DNA from: Dehalococcoidia bacterium | GTDB lineage: Bacteria > Chloroflexota > Dehalococcoidia > DSTF01 > WHTK01 | DNA length: 64,000 bases | Direction: 5' to 3' | Assembly (NCBI GenBank): GCA_009377745.1 | Contig: WHTK01000016.1 | Span: 1,328-65,327 of the forward strand | In this document: in pieces, positions 1-9,569 of the stretch | Layout of the letters: each line of letters starts with the position of its first letter | How positions within the stretch are numbered: the stretch's first letter is position 1 | Translations under genes and position numbers: made by a program | Notes under the pieces: model-generated | Told to the model about the DNA's origin: nothing | The model's database searches: none | What the model saw: only the letters and a program-made list of their open reading frames with translations

Positions 1-641
1 GCGATGTAGGCGGCGCGGTTGCCTTTCGGAGACCAAATTACGCGGTCGTCGAGCCGGCGTTTGCCGGATCCGTCAGAGCGCATTAGCCAGTACTCGGCGT
101 TCGGTGCTTCGCCCTCGCTGAAGGCCAGCCAGTCGCCATCGGCAGACCACAGTGGACTGGAGGCTTGTCCACCCGTGGTGATTTGAAGCGGCGTGCCGTC
201 CGGCAGCGCCATCAGCCAGAGGTCGCCATTCTGGATGTAAGCCAGCTTTCCCAGCGCCCCGGGTGCCAGGGCAGCCTCGCGTCTCTCATTCGAGACGAAG
301 ACACCGAGCGCCATTGCCGCAATGATCACGACGGAGCCAACGACAAGCGCGCCGCCGGCGAGATTCGCGAGTGGTGCGCGGAGTGGCCAGGCGAACAACC
401 CCCACGCCGACCAGCGTCTGCGTGACGGTCCGACGGGCTCGCGTTGCCAGGCCGCCGCCTCGACGCGGTTGCGTACTCCGAGCTTCGATAGGATCTCCGA
501 AACGTGGTACTTTACGCCGTTCTCTGAGATACCGAGGCGTGCACCAATCTCGTCATTCTTGAGGCCCTCGCGAATGAGCTCTAGGACCTGCCATTCCCGA
601 GGTGTCAGGATGTCGTCGTGCTTTGGGCGCCCGCGGCTCAT
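1..641 (-). CDS. Membrane-anchored LuxR-family (GerE HTH) transcriptional regulator fused to TM helix and PD40/TolB-type beta-propeller; partial (continues beyond window start)
   Basis: Revcomp from 641 reads MSRGRPKHDDILTPREWQVLELIREGLKNDEIGARLGISENGVKYHVSEILSKLGVRNRVEAAAWQ (LuxR HTH), then hydrophobic helix ALVVGSVVIIAAMALGVFV, then PD40-like repeats (WSADGDWLAF, WSPKG). No stop before position 1. Confidence 0.6.
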   Translation of the reverse strand, partial: MSRGRPKHDDILTPREWQVLELIREGLKNDEIGARLGISENGVKYHVSEILSKLGVRNRVEAAAWQREPVGPSRRRWSAWGLFAWPLRAPLANLAGGALVVGSVVIIAAMALGVFVSNERREAALAPGALGKLAYIQNGDLWLMALPDGTPLQITTGGQASSPLWSADGDWLAFSEGEAPNAEYWLMRSDGSGKRRLDDRVIWSPKGNRAAYI

Positions 642-850
642 GCGGTCAGATTACTCAGGCCGCCGGCGAATTACCCTACTCGAACGCCTTTCTGGCGGAC
701 ACAGATCAGACTCGAGAGCCAACCCAAGCGCCGCAGTATCAACTCGGAGGATCCCTAACACTCGTCATGATTTCAACTCGGGCGGCGGCAACTAGCGAGG
801 GTAGGGTAATCAGCGAGCCGGGTTGGTAGACTCGATTTTCAGCATGGCCT

Positions 851-2389
851 TTGAAAACTTTGGACAGGAAGCGTTTGGGCTGGCGGCGCCAGTTGATGTT
901 TGGAGTCCATGAACCTGTGATCTCCTTGAGTGTTAGAGGCGTTGTTCGAATCAGTCTGGCCCTCGGCGCGCTCCTCGCCATGGCTTGTCAAGGTGACAAC
1001 GCGCCTCAAGACGCGCCAACCGGCAGGTCCGCCGTTGAGCCAACGTTGGCAATCCCTTCCGCACGGGAACTCCTCGAGGCTCCCGTCGCCGAAGTTCAGC
1101 CGCCGGCGCCAAGACCTGTTCCTGCCACGTCCGGTCTCGGCAGGCTCGCTTACATCGGAGATGGCGACCTTTGGGTTAAGGACATCGACAGCGGTGCGGA
1201 GCATCGCCTGACCACGACCGGCGACGTCGTCTTGCCAAGATGGTCCGCTTCGGGGGATTGGCTGCTCTATCAGCGTGACCTGCCAGGGCAGGTGAGCCAG
1301 GCATGGCTGATCAAACATGACGGCACTCTCGAAAGACAGCTTGAAGCAGAGGTGGATAAAGCTCTCCAGTGGACACCGGACGATATTGCCTGGTCGCCCT
1401 TCGATGACGTGGTGGCGTTCGTCTCGGATGCCGACTCACTTGTCATCGAGTCCGCAGACGGCACAACCGGACGTACACTACTACCTCCAATGGCAAATGC
1501 GGGGCTGCCTGCAGGTCGCTCAAATCTGCGCTGGAGCCCCGACGGCGAGTGGATCGCGTTTCGGGAGCACACGGGTCCACCGCGATCGGCGCGCATCAGA
1601 GCCGTGCGAGTTGACACGGGCGACGTAAAGGAGCTGGTCTCCTTGACAGCGTCCCAGGTCGATTGTGTCGATTTGAGGGGATGGTCGGGAGATAGTGCTT
1701 TCGTCCTGTTCTCCGCCCAGACGTGCAGCGCTTCGCTCCGGGCGGACGGCCTGGCGTTGCTCTCTGTACCCCTATTCGCTTCTGATCCGCTACTCCCTTC
1801 AGGCGAGGAACTAGCCCAAGGCCCCGTCACCCTTTTCCATGGTGACTTTGTTGCGCCCGCACCGGACTCATCCGTTATAGCGATCGCGGATGGTGGTGGA
1901 CGTGAGACATGGACATCAAAGTCAGTTTCTTTGCTCGATGCGGCGACCGGCGCCATGAAGACCTTAACTGCGCCTGACACGGCAGCGTTCTCGCCGGGGT
2001 GGTCGCCCGACAGGACGAAGCTCGTCTACGTTGCGGCACCGGATATCGGCCGCGTAGGTGGCGGCGAACCCGCCCGCCTCGGGTCGAATCAACGTCGAAT
2101 CTGGGTGATGCGTGGCGACGGCGGAGGGCAGACGCCGGTTACGTCCGACGACGCGTACCGAGACGAATATCCTGTCTGGACGCTGGATGGATCACAGATT
2201 CTGTTCGCACGCCTCGATTCAGGGAACCAAGCATCAGTTTGGATAGTGAACTCGAGAGGCGGATCGCCGACTAAGATCGCGGACGTTTCGACGCCAGTAG
2301 CCTCATTTGCAATGCCATGGTTCGGCTATTACGGTCATGTCGATTGGAAGTATCTTTACGACTTCTGGCCCGGCCAGACTGCGCCCTGA
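851..2389 (+). CDS. PD40/TolB-like beta-propeller lipoprotein (WD40-like Beta Propeller repeats); true start probably internal (~896, MFGVH...) giving signal peptide + lipobox LAMAC
   Basis: 512-aa ORF; repeated WSPDG/WSPDR motifs, signal peptide with LAMAC lipobox; divergent from the LuxR-PD40 gene. Confidence 0.6.
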   Translation: MKTLDRKRLGWRRQLMFGVHEPVISLSVRGVVRISLALGALLAMACQGDNAPQDAPTGRSAVEPTLAIPSARELLEAPVAEVQPPAPRPVPATSGLGRLAYIGDGDLWVKDIDSGAEHRLTTTGDVVLPRWSASGDWLLYQRDLPGQVSQAWLIKHDGTLERQLEAEVDKALQWTPDDIAWSPFDDVVAFVSDADSLVIESADGTTGRTLLPPMANAGLPAGRSNLRWSPDGEWIAFREHTGPPRSARIRAVRVDTGDVKELVSLTASQVDCVDLRGWSGDSAFVLFSAQTCSASLRADGLALLSVPLFASDPLLPSGEELAQGPVTLFHGDFVAPAPDSSVIAIADGGGRETWTSKSVSLLDAATGAMKTLTAPDTAAFSPGWSPDRTKLVYVAAPDIGRVGGGEPARLGSNQRRIWVMRGDGGGQTPVTSDDAYRDEYPVWTLDGSQILFARLDSGNQASVWIVNSRGGSPTKIADVSTPVASFAMPWFGYYGHVDWKYLYDFWPGQTAP

Positions 2390-2619
2390 TCCAGACAGGA
2401 AATGCGGGCGGGGCTCAGCATCGCGAATGCGTCTCCGCTCTTGTCTGGTCCGGCCAGGCCTCGCCAGAATGTGCTCGCTCGCAGGCTGTCATCCTACACA
2501 CGCGCCCTCGCCAGGGCCTAATTTGTTCACTCGCGCTCTCGCTTCCAGTCATTGGCCAGTTGGTCTCGGGTTGGGAACCACTGGAATCGTTGTCCTGATC
2601 GCCCTCGTATTTCTGTTCT

Positions 2620-3240
2620 TTGGTCCTCTATGACCTCGAAACTGAGCAGGCCAGCGCGGTTGGCACTGAAACTATTCAGCCCGCGCTGTTGCGGGCCACG
2701 CTCGAAGGCGACGCCCAGGCCGTGCGCCGCGCCTGGCCGCAACAGTTGGGCCTTCGCGTCCTTACAAGCGCGCCAGGGCACCAGCTTACCCAGGGCATCC
2801 TCTCGCTACCGGTGATGACGCCTGAACAACGTGAAGAAGGCTGGCTGTTTTTGCGGGGCCTGCCATATATGGCGACCTCTGCCGCGGTCTTCTACGGGCT
2901 GCGCTTCGACCCTGTAGAGATTCGGCTGGACGTCATGTTCTCCAACTTGCATCGGCGCTGGGCAAGCGAGCTCCGCGACCTCGATGGCGACGGACTGCCG
3001 GAGGTCATCATCAACGAAGGCGACGCCTACGCCTTCAGCGGTGCCTCCGGCATCGATGAGCAGTTCATGCGACTGCTTCACTGGCGCGATGGCGATCTTG
3101 TCGAAGTCGAACTCGCGGTCCCATCTGGACTACCCACCGGCGTGGCCGACACAGTGAGCGAAGCACTGAGCTTCGCGGAAGCAGGACTATGGCTCGACGC
3201 AACGATGAGCGCCTCATCCGATCGAACACGAAGCGGATAA
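2620..3240 (+). CDS. Hypothetical protein
   Basis: 206-aa ORF with strongly GC-biased third codon positions. Opposite-strand reading of the same region is Arg-rich nonsense, so this strand is the coding one. Confidence 0.4.
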   Translation: MVLYDLETEQASAVGTETIQPALLRATLEGDAQAVRRAWPQQLGLRVLTSAPGHQLTQGILSLPVMTPEQREEGWLFLRGLPYMATSAAVFYGLRFDPVEIRLDVMFSNLHRRWASELRDLDGDGLPEVIINEGDAYAFSGASGIDEQFMRLLHWRDGDLVEVELAVPSGLPTGVADTVSEALSFAEAGLWLDATMSASSDRTRSG

Positions 3241-4162
3241 GCTCAACCGTTAGAGACTTGCCAACGCCCGTGCCGCCGATAAGACAGCTAACGTGATCGC
3301 TAAACCTGAACTGCTGGCCTTGAAGGAAGCCGCCATTGACCCATAGGCCTTCGATGACATACTCCGGCTCAGGACTTGGATCGGCGACGAAACGCACCCG
3401 CATGTCAGGGTCAAGAAGTGCTTGCTTGATCCCCTGGATCGATATGTCATCCATCTTGAGAAAGCAGAGGCGGGAGCCGATGGAGTCCAGTTGATGAAAT
3501 CCTCCGCCCTCTGCTTCATGACAGTCGGATGACTGAACGCACGGCACGCGTCGGGAATAGCCAGGCATCTTCCCGCCTAGGTACACGTCTCGCTTAGCGG
3601 TATCGGTGATTTCGAATGCCCTAATAGCGCGGCAAGCGTGAATGCGCGCCTTATCCGCGCCCACCTTCACCATACGCATGAACCCCTTCTCACCGTCCAC
3701 GTGCGCGGCTATGGCGACGCCACCCACTTCCTCGACCAGCTTGGCCACTTCGTCCATGTTGCCCGTGGCTAAGGCCGAGTCCTTGCCAAGTTCGGCCTGC
3801 TTGATACCAGCATTCATGAGAAAGCCGTTGATGGTTTCCGATGTCTTGTCCGTCTCGAAGATCGCAAGCAGGTGTCCTTGCCGAGTAGAAATCTCGACGC
3901 CGGGGAACACGTGCAGCGTCGTGCCTTGGGCAGCGTCGATCACCTTGTCGCAATACTCGGCCGTGTTGTGATCCGTTACCGCGATGATGTCGAGTCCCTT
4001 GGCGAGAGCCTGGTTCACGACCTCTTCGGGGCCAAGAGCCTGCCACTTCTTGTCAGTGTCGGGCGAAGCCTGCGTGTGAATGTGCAGATCGGCAGCCAGA
4101 AACCTGGCACCGCTGGATTGTTCCAGTAGAGTCTGAATCTCCTTCATTTCCCTCACCCCCAA
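3241..4162 (-). pseudogene. PHP-domain phosphoesterase fused to N-terminus of an SMC/RecF/OLD-like P-loop ATPase; truncated just after Walker A (GGTGVGKS). Probable start MKEIQ at 4147 preceded by GGTGAGGG RBS.
   Basis: LHIHTQASPD...AVTDHN...AAHVDGE PHP motifs; C-terminal LWVNGGFLQGQQFRFSDHVSCLIGGTGVGKSLTVELIRF is a RecF/SbcC-type N-terminal ATPase segment. Downstream residues are Arg-rich out-of-frame junk overlapping the 2620-3240 gene. Confidence 0.5.
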
Positions 4163-4195
4163 AAAGAAAAACCGCCCAATAGGGCGGTTCGCAAC
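4163..4195 (-). terminator. Rho-independent terminator-like hairpin (9-bp GC stem GAACCGCCC/GGGCGGTTC, followed on minus strand by TTTTTCTTTTT)
   Basis: Sequence aaaaagaaaaaccgcccaatagggcggttc on plus strand; immediately upstream of the PHP gene RBS on minus strand. Confidence 0.4.
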
Positions 4196-4660
4196 GTTTT
4201 GAAGTGGCAGATCGAGCTAGAGGACGACCAGCCAGGCCTACACGTCGCGGGCGTCCGCCCGCGTGATGTTGGCTCTGCGGCATCTCCGGCAATCGGTGTG
4301 CACCAGCAAGGACGCACGAATCGAACACACGTTCATTGCGGAAGATTCTACGTGCCCGACACGGGGATAGCAATAGCGCATAGGACAGATTGTCAAGCCG
4401 ATTGTCTACGGGATGCCTTCGTGCTCGATGTCCTCAAAGACAATCTTCGGAGTCCGGCGGTTTCATTCGGCCTCCCTCTAGGCTCTTTCGACATCCGGCG
4501 CTTCATATTCACGGTGAATGTGTCGGGTTCCTGCGTGGCCTACAGCCGATAGTACCTCCGATGCTCTCTGCGCGGAGCGGAGGATCGGCAGTCAGGGTGA
4601 GCCGTACCACGAAGGCATCTTCGGACCGCTGATCGATGATGCAGCGGTCGCTCTCATTGC

Positions 4661-5719
4661 CTACCCGCGTGGCCTTCTGACCCGCAGGTCGAGGCCGTCG
4701 AGATGATCGTAACTCCGTTCACGCTTCAGGCGTTCGTTCGTTGCCACGTGGCTGTACCTTTCCGTGACACTCGGTTGGGAGTGACCCATGAAGCGTTGCA
4801 GCGTCAGCGTCGGAATGCCGAGTTCGGAACTCCGTGTGCCGTAAGTGTGGCGTAGCAGGTGAGGATGAAGCCTGGCTATCCCCGTCTTCTTCGCTGCCCG
4901 CTTGAACGTCATCTCAAAGCTCGCGACCGTCATAGGGTAGCCGTCCCGGTTAAGGAAGAACTCACCCACGTTCGGCGTCGCCAGCTCGGGCCGATGGAGA
5001 AGGGTGTAGCGTTGGAGGACCCAGCCGACCTTGTGACCGAAGGGTATGGAGCGCTGCTTCTTTCCCTTGCCCCAGACCGTGATGAAGCCCTCGTCGATGT
5101 TCACTGCAGCGGCCTTGAGCCTAAGAATCTCGGCCCGCCGGAGGCCGGTCGAGAGCATGAGCATGAACAGGGCTTTGTCGCGACACTCTCCCGGCTTGAG
5201 CTCCGAGTAGGCGTTGAGCAGTTTGAGCTCCTCTGCGGTCGTCAGAGGTTGCAGCTCCTTTTCCTCCAGCTTGGGCATCTTCAACGATGCCATGATGTTC
5301 ACTGGCACGAGGCCCTCATCAAAGAGCCAGGAGGAGAAGCCTCGGACAGCTCGGTAGAAGCCGTGAATGTGACCGGCTGACGGCGGCTCTTCGGAGGGTC
5401 GCTTGAAGCGGTGGTCGCGGTACTTTCCCTCGGATTGCTTCTCAAGGATGAAGAAGCGAAAGCCGCCGATGTCGAGGTCCGCCAGCGTTGGTTCACGTTC
5501 CAGTCGGCCTTGAAGGTTGCTGACGAAGGGCGTGAGGCGCTGTTTGTACCAGGCGATGGTGTGCGGACTGAGATTACGGGCCCGGTAGGCCGCCTCGAAG
5601 AACTCGAGCGCCTTCCAAAGGCTGATGCGCGCCTGTGGCTGGCGCTCCCACAAAGATGTCGCGGTGTTGTTCATGGCCACCCCAGAATGCTGGTTCACAC
5701 CAAGCGACGTGCTCTTCAC
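4661..5719 (-). CDS. Tyrosine-type site-specific recombinase / phage integrase family
   Basis: 352 aa; C-terminal catalytic motifs ...LLRHTYGTRSSELGIPTLTLQRFMGHSQPSVTERYSHV; N-terminal SAM-like core-binding region (ISLWKALEFFEAAYRARNLSPHTIAWYKQRLTPF). Confidence 0.85.
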   Translation of the reverse strand: MKSTSLGVNQHSGVAMNNTATSLWERQPQARISLWKALEFFEAAYRARNLSPHTIAWYKQRLTPFVSNLQGRLEREPTLADLDIGGFRFFILEKQSEGKYRDHRFKRPSEEPPSAGHIHGFYRAVRGFSSWLFDEGLVPVNIMASLKMPKLEEKELQPLTTAEELKLLNAYSELKPGECRDKALFMLMLSTGLRRAEILRLKAAAVNIDEGFITVWGKGKKQRSIPFGHKVGWVLQRYTLLHRPELATPNVGEFFLNRDGYPMTVASFEMTFKRAAKKTGIARLHPHLLRHTYGTRSSELGIPTLTLQRFMGHSQPSVTERYSHVATNERLKRERSYDHLDGLDLRVRRPRG

Positions 5720-5757
5720 ACCTGCCGGACGTGAACTTCACGGTGGCCAACGCGAGA

Positions 5758-5819
5758 ATAGTCCGTTGGTCTATTTCAGTGAAAACCTCTCACCGAAATG
5801 TAAAATCTACCAACGGCTC
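5758..5819. promoter_or_regulatory. Inverted repeat pair TAGACCAACGG / CCGTTGGTCTA (arm-site or operator-like) between integrase start and tRNA fragment
   Basis: agtCCGTTGGTCTAtttc at 5758-5776 and aatcTACCAACGGctca at 5803-5819. An 18-bp exact copy (GAAATAGACCAACGGACT) recurs in inverse orientation at 50557-50574. Confidence 0.35.
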
Positions 5820-5839
5820 AGATGCAAAATCTGGGTAAA

Positions 5840-5896
5840 TGGTGGGCCCTCTGGGATTCGAACCCAGGACCGACGGATTAAGTGTCCGCTGCTCTA
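5840..5896 (-). tRNA. Partial tRNA-Lys-like 3' fragment (T-arm, acceptor 3' strand, CCA; mutated anticodon loop CACTTAA) - att-type remnant
   Basis: Revcomp gives ...TAGAGCAGCGGACACTTAATCCGTCGGTCCTGGGTTCGAATCCCAGAGGGCCCACCA. The 5' part upstream (GGTTCGCGCGGGATGAC) is not tRNA-like. Shares TAGAGCAGCGGAC..TTAA with the tRNA-Lys 5' half at 50621. Confidence 0.5.
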
Positions 5897-6263
5897 GTCA
5901 TCCCGCGCGAACCTGCCTCAAAGGCTGGCGCACGCGAAACCTTTCGACAGTTCCCGCCCGCACCGATCCGGATCGTCTCGCTGAGCTAGAGGATCGCCTA
6001 GCGAGTGCGAGACCGGTCAAGACCGACTAATTCGCGCGATTGGTAGGGAGGAACGAACCTATCCGAGGACCATCGGATCCGGGCCGGTCCGTCTGGTAAT
6101 CCAGCCGTGGCTGATTCCGATGTGTATGCCGAGTCAGGACGGCTGCCATAGAACTAGGAGTCTGACGGTGTCAGGCCGAGGTTCCCATACGAGTGAGGTC
6201 CCTGAGGCCAGCCCCTTAGTCGCGGGGCCGGTTGGCCGTTCCACCAAGACCCTCGGTGACTCG

Positions 6264-6797
6264 CTACCGCTGAGGTACTAGCTGGACACCTGACCCTGCG
6301 ACGAAGGTGATGCGCTTGTCCACCAGCGGTGCCTTCAAAGTGTCCCACACGCCGAGTCCCTGCTTAACGGATAGCGTTAGGTCGCCATCATCGTCGTTCT
6401 TGCCGGAGGTCGTCTCTGTTATGGGCTTGAACGGGAACCGGTAGAGCACTTCCTTCCTCTCGTCGTCAGTGAGGTCGATGAAGGTGCCGTCTACGATGAC
6501 CTGCGGAATGGTGCCAACCGTTCGAAGTGGTTCAGCGACACTTTCTGCATCGGTCGCACCGACTGGTCTGATGATCTCCAGGATGGCGCGTACCAACGCG
6601 ACCTCCAGGTGCTGAACGTTATTGACGATGGTCGCCTGGTGTACCTGAATATCCTGAAGGCCGTGGAAGATCATGTCGCGGGCGTGATCAAGCTCCTGCC
6701 AGAGTCTGATCGGCCACTCACGACTGCGAGTGCATGTTTCATACCGCCCCTTGCGCCACCATGATCGATGCCAGCCAGGTGGTTGCAGACCGCGCAC
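6264..6797 (-). CDS. Hypothetical protein (no recognisable family)
   Basis: 177-aa ORF; no motifs recognised. Confidence 0.3.
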   Translation of the reverse strand: MRGLQPPGWHRSWWRKGRYETCTRSREWPIRLWQELDHARDMIFHGLQDIQVHQATIVNNVQHLEVALVRAILEIIRPVGATDAESVAEPLRTVGTIPQVIVDGTFIDLTDDERKEVLYRFPFKPITETTSGKNDDDGDLTLSVKQGLGVWDTLKAPLVDKRITFVAGSGVQLVPQR

Positions 6798-6824
6798 GCG
6801 GCACGGTCAAACCTGTGAATCCGG

Positions 6825-7190
6825 TTATGAAGAATGTCGCCTACCGCTTCCGCCCGCCGGAATGCCGATCCCGAAAATCCCTGTGGCGAGACCACCAGCA
6901 AAGGCGAGTGAAGCGAATGTCCCTGTTCCTCCTTCGGCAGCAATCAGGCGGCTGCGGAGAATCCCGACGAACCACACGAAAGCCAGGGAGCCCAGCATGA
7001 ACAGCCAGCCTCCCGATATGACGGCGTCCGTGCTCTCCTGGAAGTGGCCAAGGACCTGCTCCGGGGCTTCTTCTGGCACTCCTCCGGGCAGGCCCACGTG
7101 GCCACCCCCGATAATGGCGACCCCGACGACCCACAGCACGACGGCGAGGACGCCGGCAAGCGCGGAAAAGCGCTCGAACCGATCAGACAT
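6825..7190 (-). CDS. Hypothetical membrane protein (2-3 predicted TM helices); C-terminus looks out-of-frame, possibly one frameshifted gene with 6264-6797
   Basis: MSDRFERFSALAGVLAVVLWVVGVAIIGG... hydrophobic segments. Confidence 0.3.
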   Translation of the reverse strand: MSDRFERFSALAGVLAVVLWVVGVAIIGGGHVGLPGGVPEEAPEQVLGHFQESTDAVISGGWLFMLGSLAFVWFVGILRSRLIAAEGGTGTFASLAFAGGLATGIFGIGIPAGGSGRRHSS

Positions 7191-7201
7191 GCGATTCCTC
7201 C

Positions 7202-9569
7202 TTGGTTTCGTTGGTCGGTACCGATGCTAGGTGCGCGGCGCTGCCGGCGGAGAGCCGGATGGCCGGAGACCGAGCGGGGGCTAGCCTCCGTCCTGGCGGG
7301 CGCTGGCCCGGTTGCGCATTTTGGGCGCGCCGGTGGATCATTTGCCGCGTGACAGGATTCCGGCTGGTTCCAATGCTCGCCGCGGTCTTCGCCCTCGCCG
7401 CGACCGTCGGCGGTCTCGTCCTGCTCGTGAGTGAGGGGATCGCCCTCAGCGATCCTGTCGTCGAAGTCGTCGAGACGGGCTTCAGCACCACTCTCATCGG
7501 GCTGCTTCTGCTTTGGCAGCGGCCGGAGAACCGGATGGGCGGCATACTCATGGCCGCCGGGGTCCTCTTCGGGGTATCCACGCTCGCGGCGGGCGTCCTC
7601 GAGTCATCGGCCGGGCCACGGCTCGCAAGTGAGGCTGCCTTTGCGTGGATCTGGCTCGGCCAGGCCCCGCTCGCCCTGGTCTGGGCGCTGACGATCCTGG
7701 CCCTGCCCGATGGGAAGGTAGGAGGCGGGTTGCGGCGCAGCTTCCTGGCCGCGGCGGGCGTCATCTCGATCGGGCTCGCGACCGTCCAGTACGCCTTCGC
7801 GGGACAGGGACGGGTGCCCGAGTTCCCGCCCGCCCGGGCGCCTGCCGATCTGGCTGGACCGCTCGCCCACCTCGGCGGCTTGGAACCGCTCTATCAGTTG
7901 GGACAGGCCTTCTTCCCCGTGCTTCCCTTACTTGCCCTCCTCGGCCTGATCGCCCGCTTCCGTAGTGCCGACCCGGTCGTCCGCCAGCAGCTCAAGTGGG
8001 TGCTGCTCGCCGCGGCCCTGACCGTCCTCGCAAACGTCCTGCGCGTACTCCTTCACGCCGCCGGCGGTAGCCTCGATACGGCGGGCGCTGCCCTTGGTCT
8101 GGCCGCCTCGCCCCTGCCCGCGCTGGGCATCGCCTTCGCCGTCCTCCGCTACCGCCTGTGGGAGCTCGACCTGCTGGTCTCACGCGCCCTCATCTACGGG
8201 TTGCTCTCGTTGACGCTGGCGGCCGTCTTCCTGGCCGTCGCGCTCGCCGTCGGTCTCCTGGCCGGCGGCTCGGGCGTGCTCGTCCCGGTGGCGCTTGCAC
8301 TGCTTGTCGCGCTTGCGGCACAGCCGCTACGGTTGCGGCTGGAGCGGCTCGTGCGACGGCTCATCTACGGAGAGGAGCCGGCCGGCTACGCGGTCGTGGC
8401 CCGCTTCGGTGAAACCCTCACGGAGGCCGCCCGCGCCGGCGAGCTCGCGCCGCAGATCGCCGAGTCGGCGCGACGAGCGCTGCGGACGTCATGGGCTGGC
8501 GTCTGGCTGCGGGTCGAGTCCGGCGCCGCCGCGGCTCTCCGTCCGGCAGCTGTCGCCGGCGCGGACAATGGCGCGTCGGTACTCCTCGAGAAGGACGTCA
8601 TGGCTTGGCTCGCCTGTCTCTCCGGCCCTCTTCTCGCCAACGATGTCGCGTCCCAAGTGAGAGCTGCACTTGATCCCGTTTGGTGGCTGGAGCCGGCCGC
8701 ACTCGCTCCGCTCTCGGCCGGCAACGAACTGGTGGGCATCTTAATCTGCGGGGAGCGCGACGGCCGGCCGCTTGCCGTGCCTGACCTCGAGCTCATCGCC
8801 GTGCTCGCTCGCTCGGCCGCCCTCGCGCTCCGCAACCTGCGGCTCGAGGCCGAGCTCCGCAGCCGCCTTGAGGAGATCGAAGGGCAGGCGGAGGAGCTGC
8901 GCCGCTCACGGCGGCGACTCGTCACCGCCCAGGACACAGAACGCAGACGGATAGAGCGCGACCTCCACGACGGCATTCAGCAGCAACTCGTCAGTCTGGC
9001 AGCGAAGCTGACGCGCGCCTCTCGTTCCGCCCCCACTGAGGCCCAAGGGTTTCTGCGGGAGGCCGCCGCCGGACGCTGAGGAGTCTGTCTTCGCCCTACA
9101 AGAGCTCGCACGCGGCATCTACCCAAGCCTGCTTGCCGACCAGGGGCTCGCCGCCGCGATCCGCACTCACGCGAACCGGCTGCCGGCCGCGGTCCGGGTC
9201 GAGGTCGAGCCCACGCTCGCCGGACAGCGCTTCGGGCGTGAGGTCGAGGCGGCCTTCTACTTCGTCGCGCTTGAGGCGATGGCTAATGCCCAAAAGTATG
9301 CTGCAGAGGCGAGCCTGACTGTCTCGCTCAGAAGCACCGATGACGGAAGGCGCCTCGTCCTCGAGGTCCATGACGATGGCCCCGGCTTCGACCCGCGCCA
9401 CATCACGCACGGCGCGGGCCTCCAGAACATGGCTGACCGTCTCGCCGCTGTTGGCGGTACACTGACCGTGGATAGCCGGCCGGGGGCGGGCGTCTGGGTC
9501 CGCGCCGAGGCGCCGCTGGAGGCGCAGGTCGTGACCCTCAACGGCCGGGCGACTCCCGCAGGTAGATGA
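7202..9569 (+). CDS. Membrane sensor histidine kinase (multi-TM + GAF-like + HisKA_3 + HATPase_c), apparent +/-1 frameshift near 9070
   Basis: 625-aa ORF ends ...DLHDGIQQQLVSLAAKLTRA (HisKA_3 H-box). Kinase continues in another frame: ESVFALQELARGIYPSLLADQGL ... HATPase_c (LEVHDDGPGFDP...GLQNMADRLAAVGGTLTVDS) in ORF 9279-9569. Confidence 0.7.

Noticed and set aside
851-895. Annotated ORF start at 851 (MKTLDRKRLGWRRQL...)
   Set aside because: The N-terminal 15 residues are Arg-rich and precede a classical signal peptide. The start at about 896 (MFGVH...LAMAC) is more plausible. Feature kept with a note.
3065-3240. Continuation of the PHP-ATPase ORF down to 3065
   Set aside because: Translated sequence is Arg-rich nonsense, and the region is convincingly coding on the opposite strand (GC3-biased ORF 2620-3240).
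6671-6943. HNH-nuclease-like Cys/His pattern (HNRIHRFDRAACAVCNH) in minus-strand ORF
   Set aside because: Spacing does not match the HNH CxxC...H...N...CxxC pattern. The ORF overlaps better-supported frames and has no other support.
7183-7764. 193-aa minus-strand ORF overlapping the start of the histidine kinase
   Set aside because: Low-complexity Ala/Arg/Pro composition, antisense to a well-supported kinase N-terminal membrane domain.
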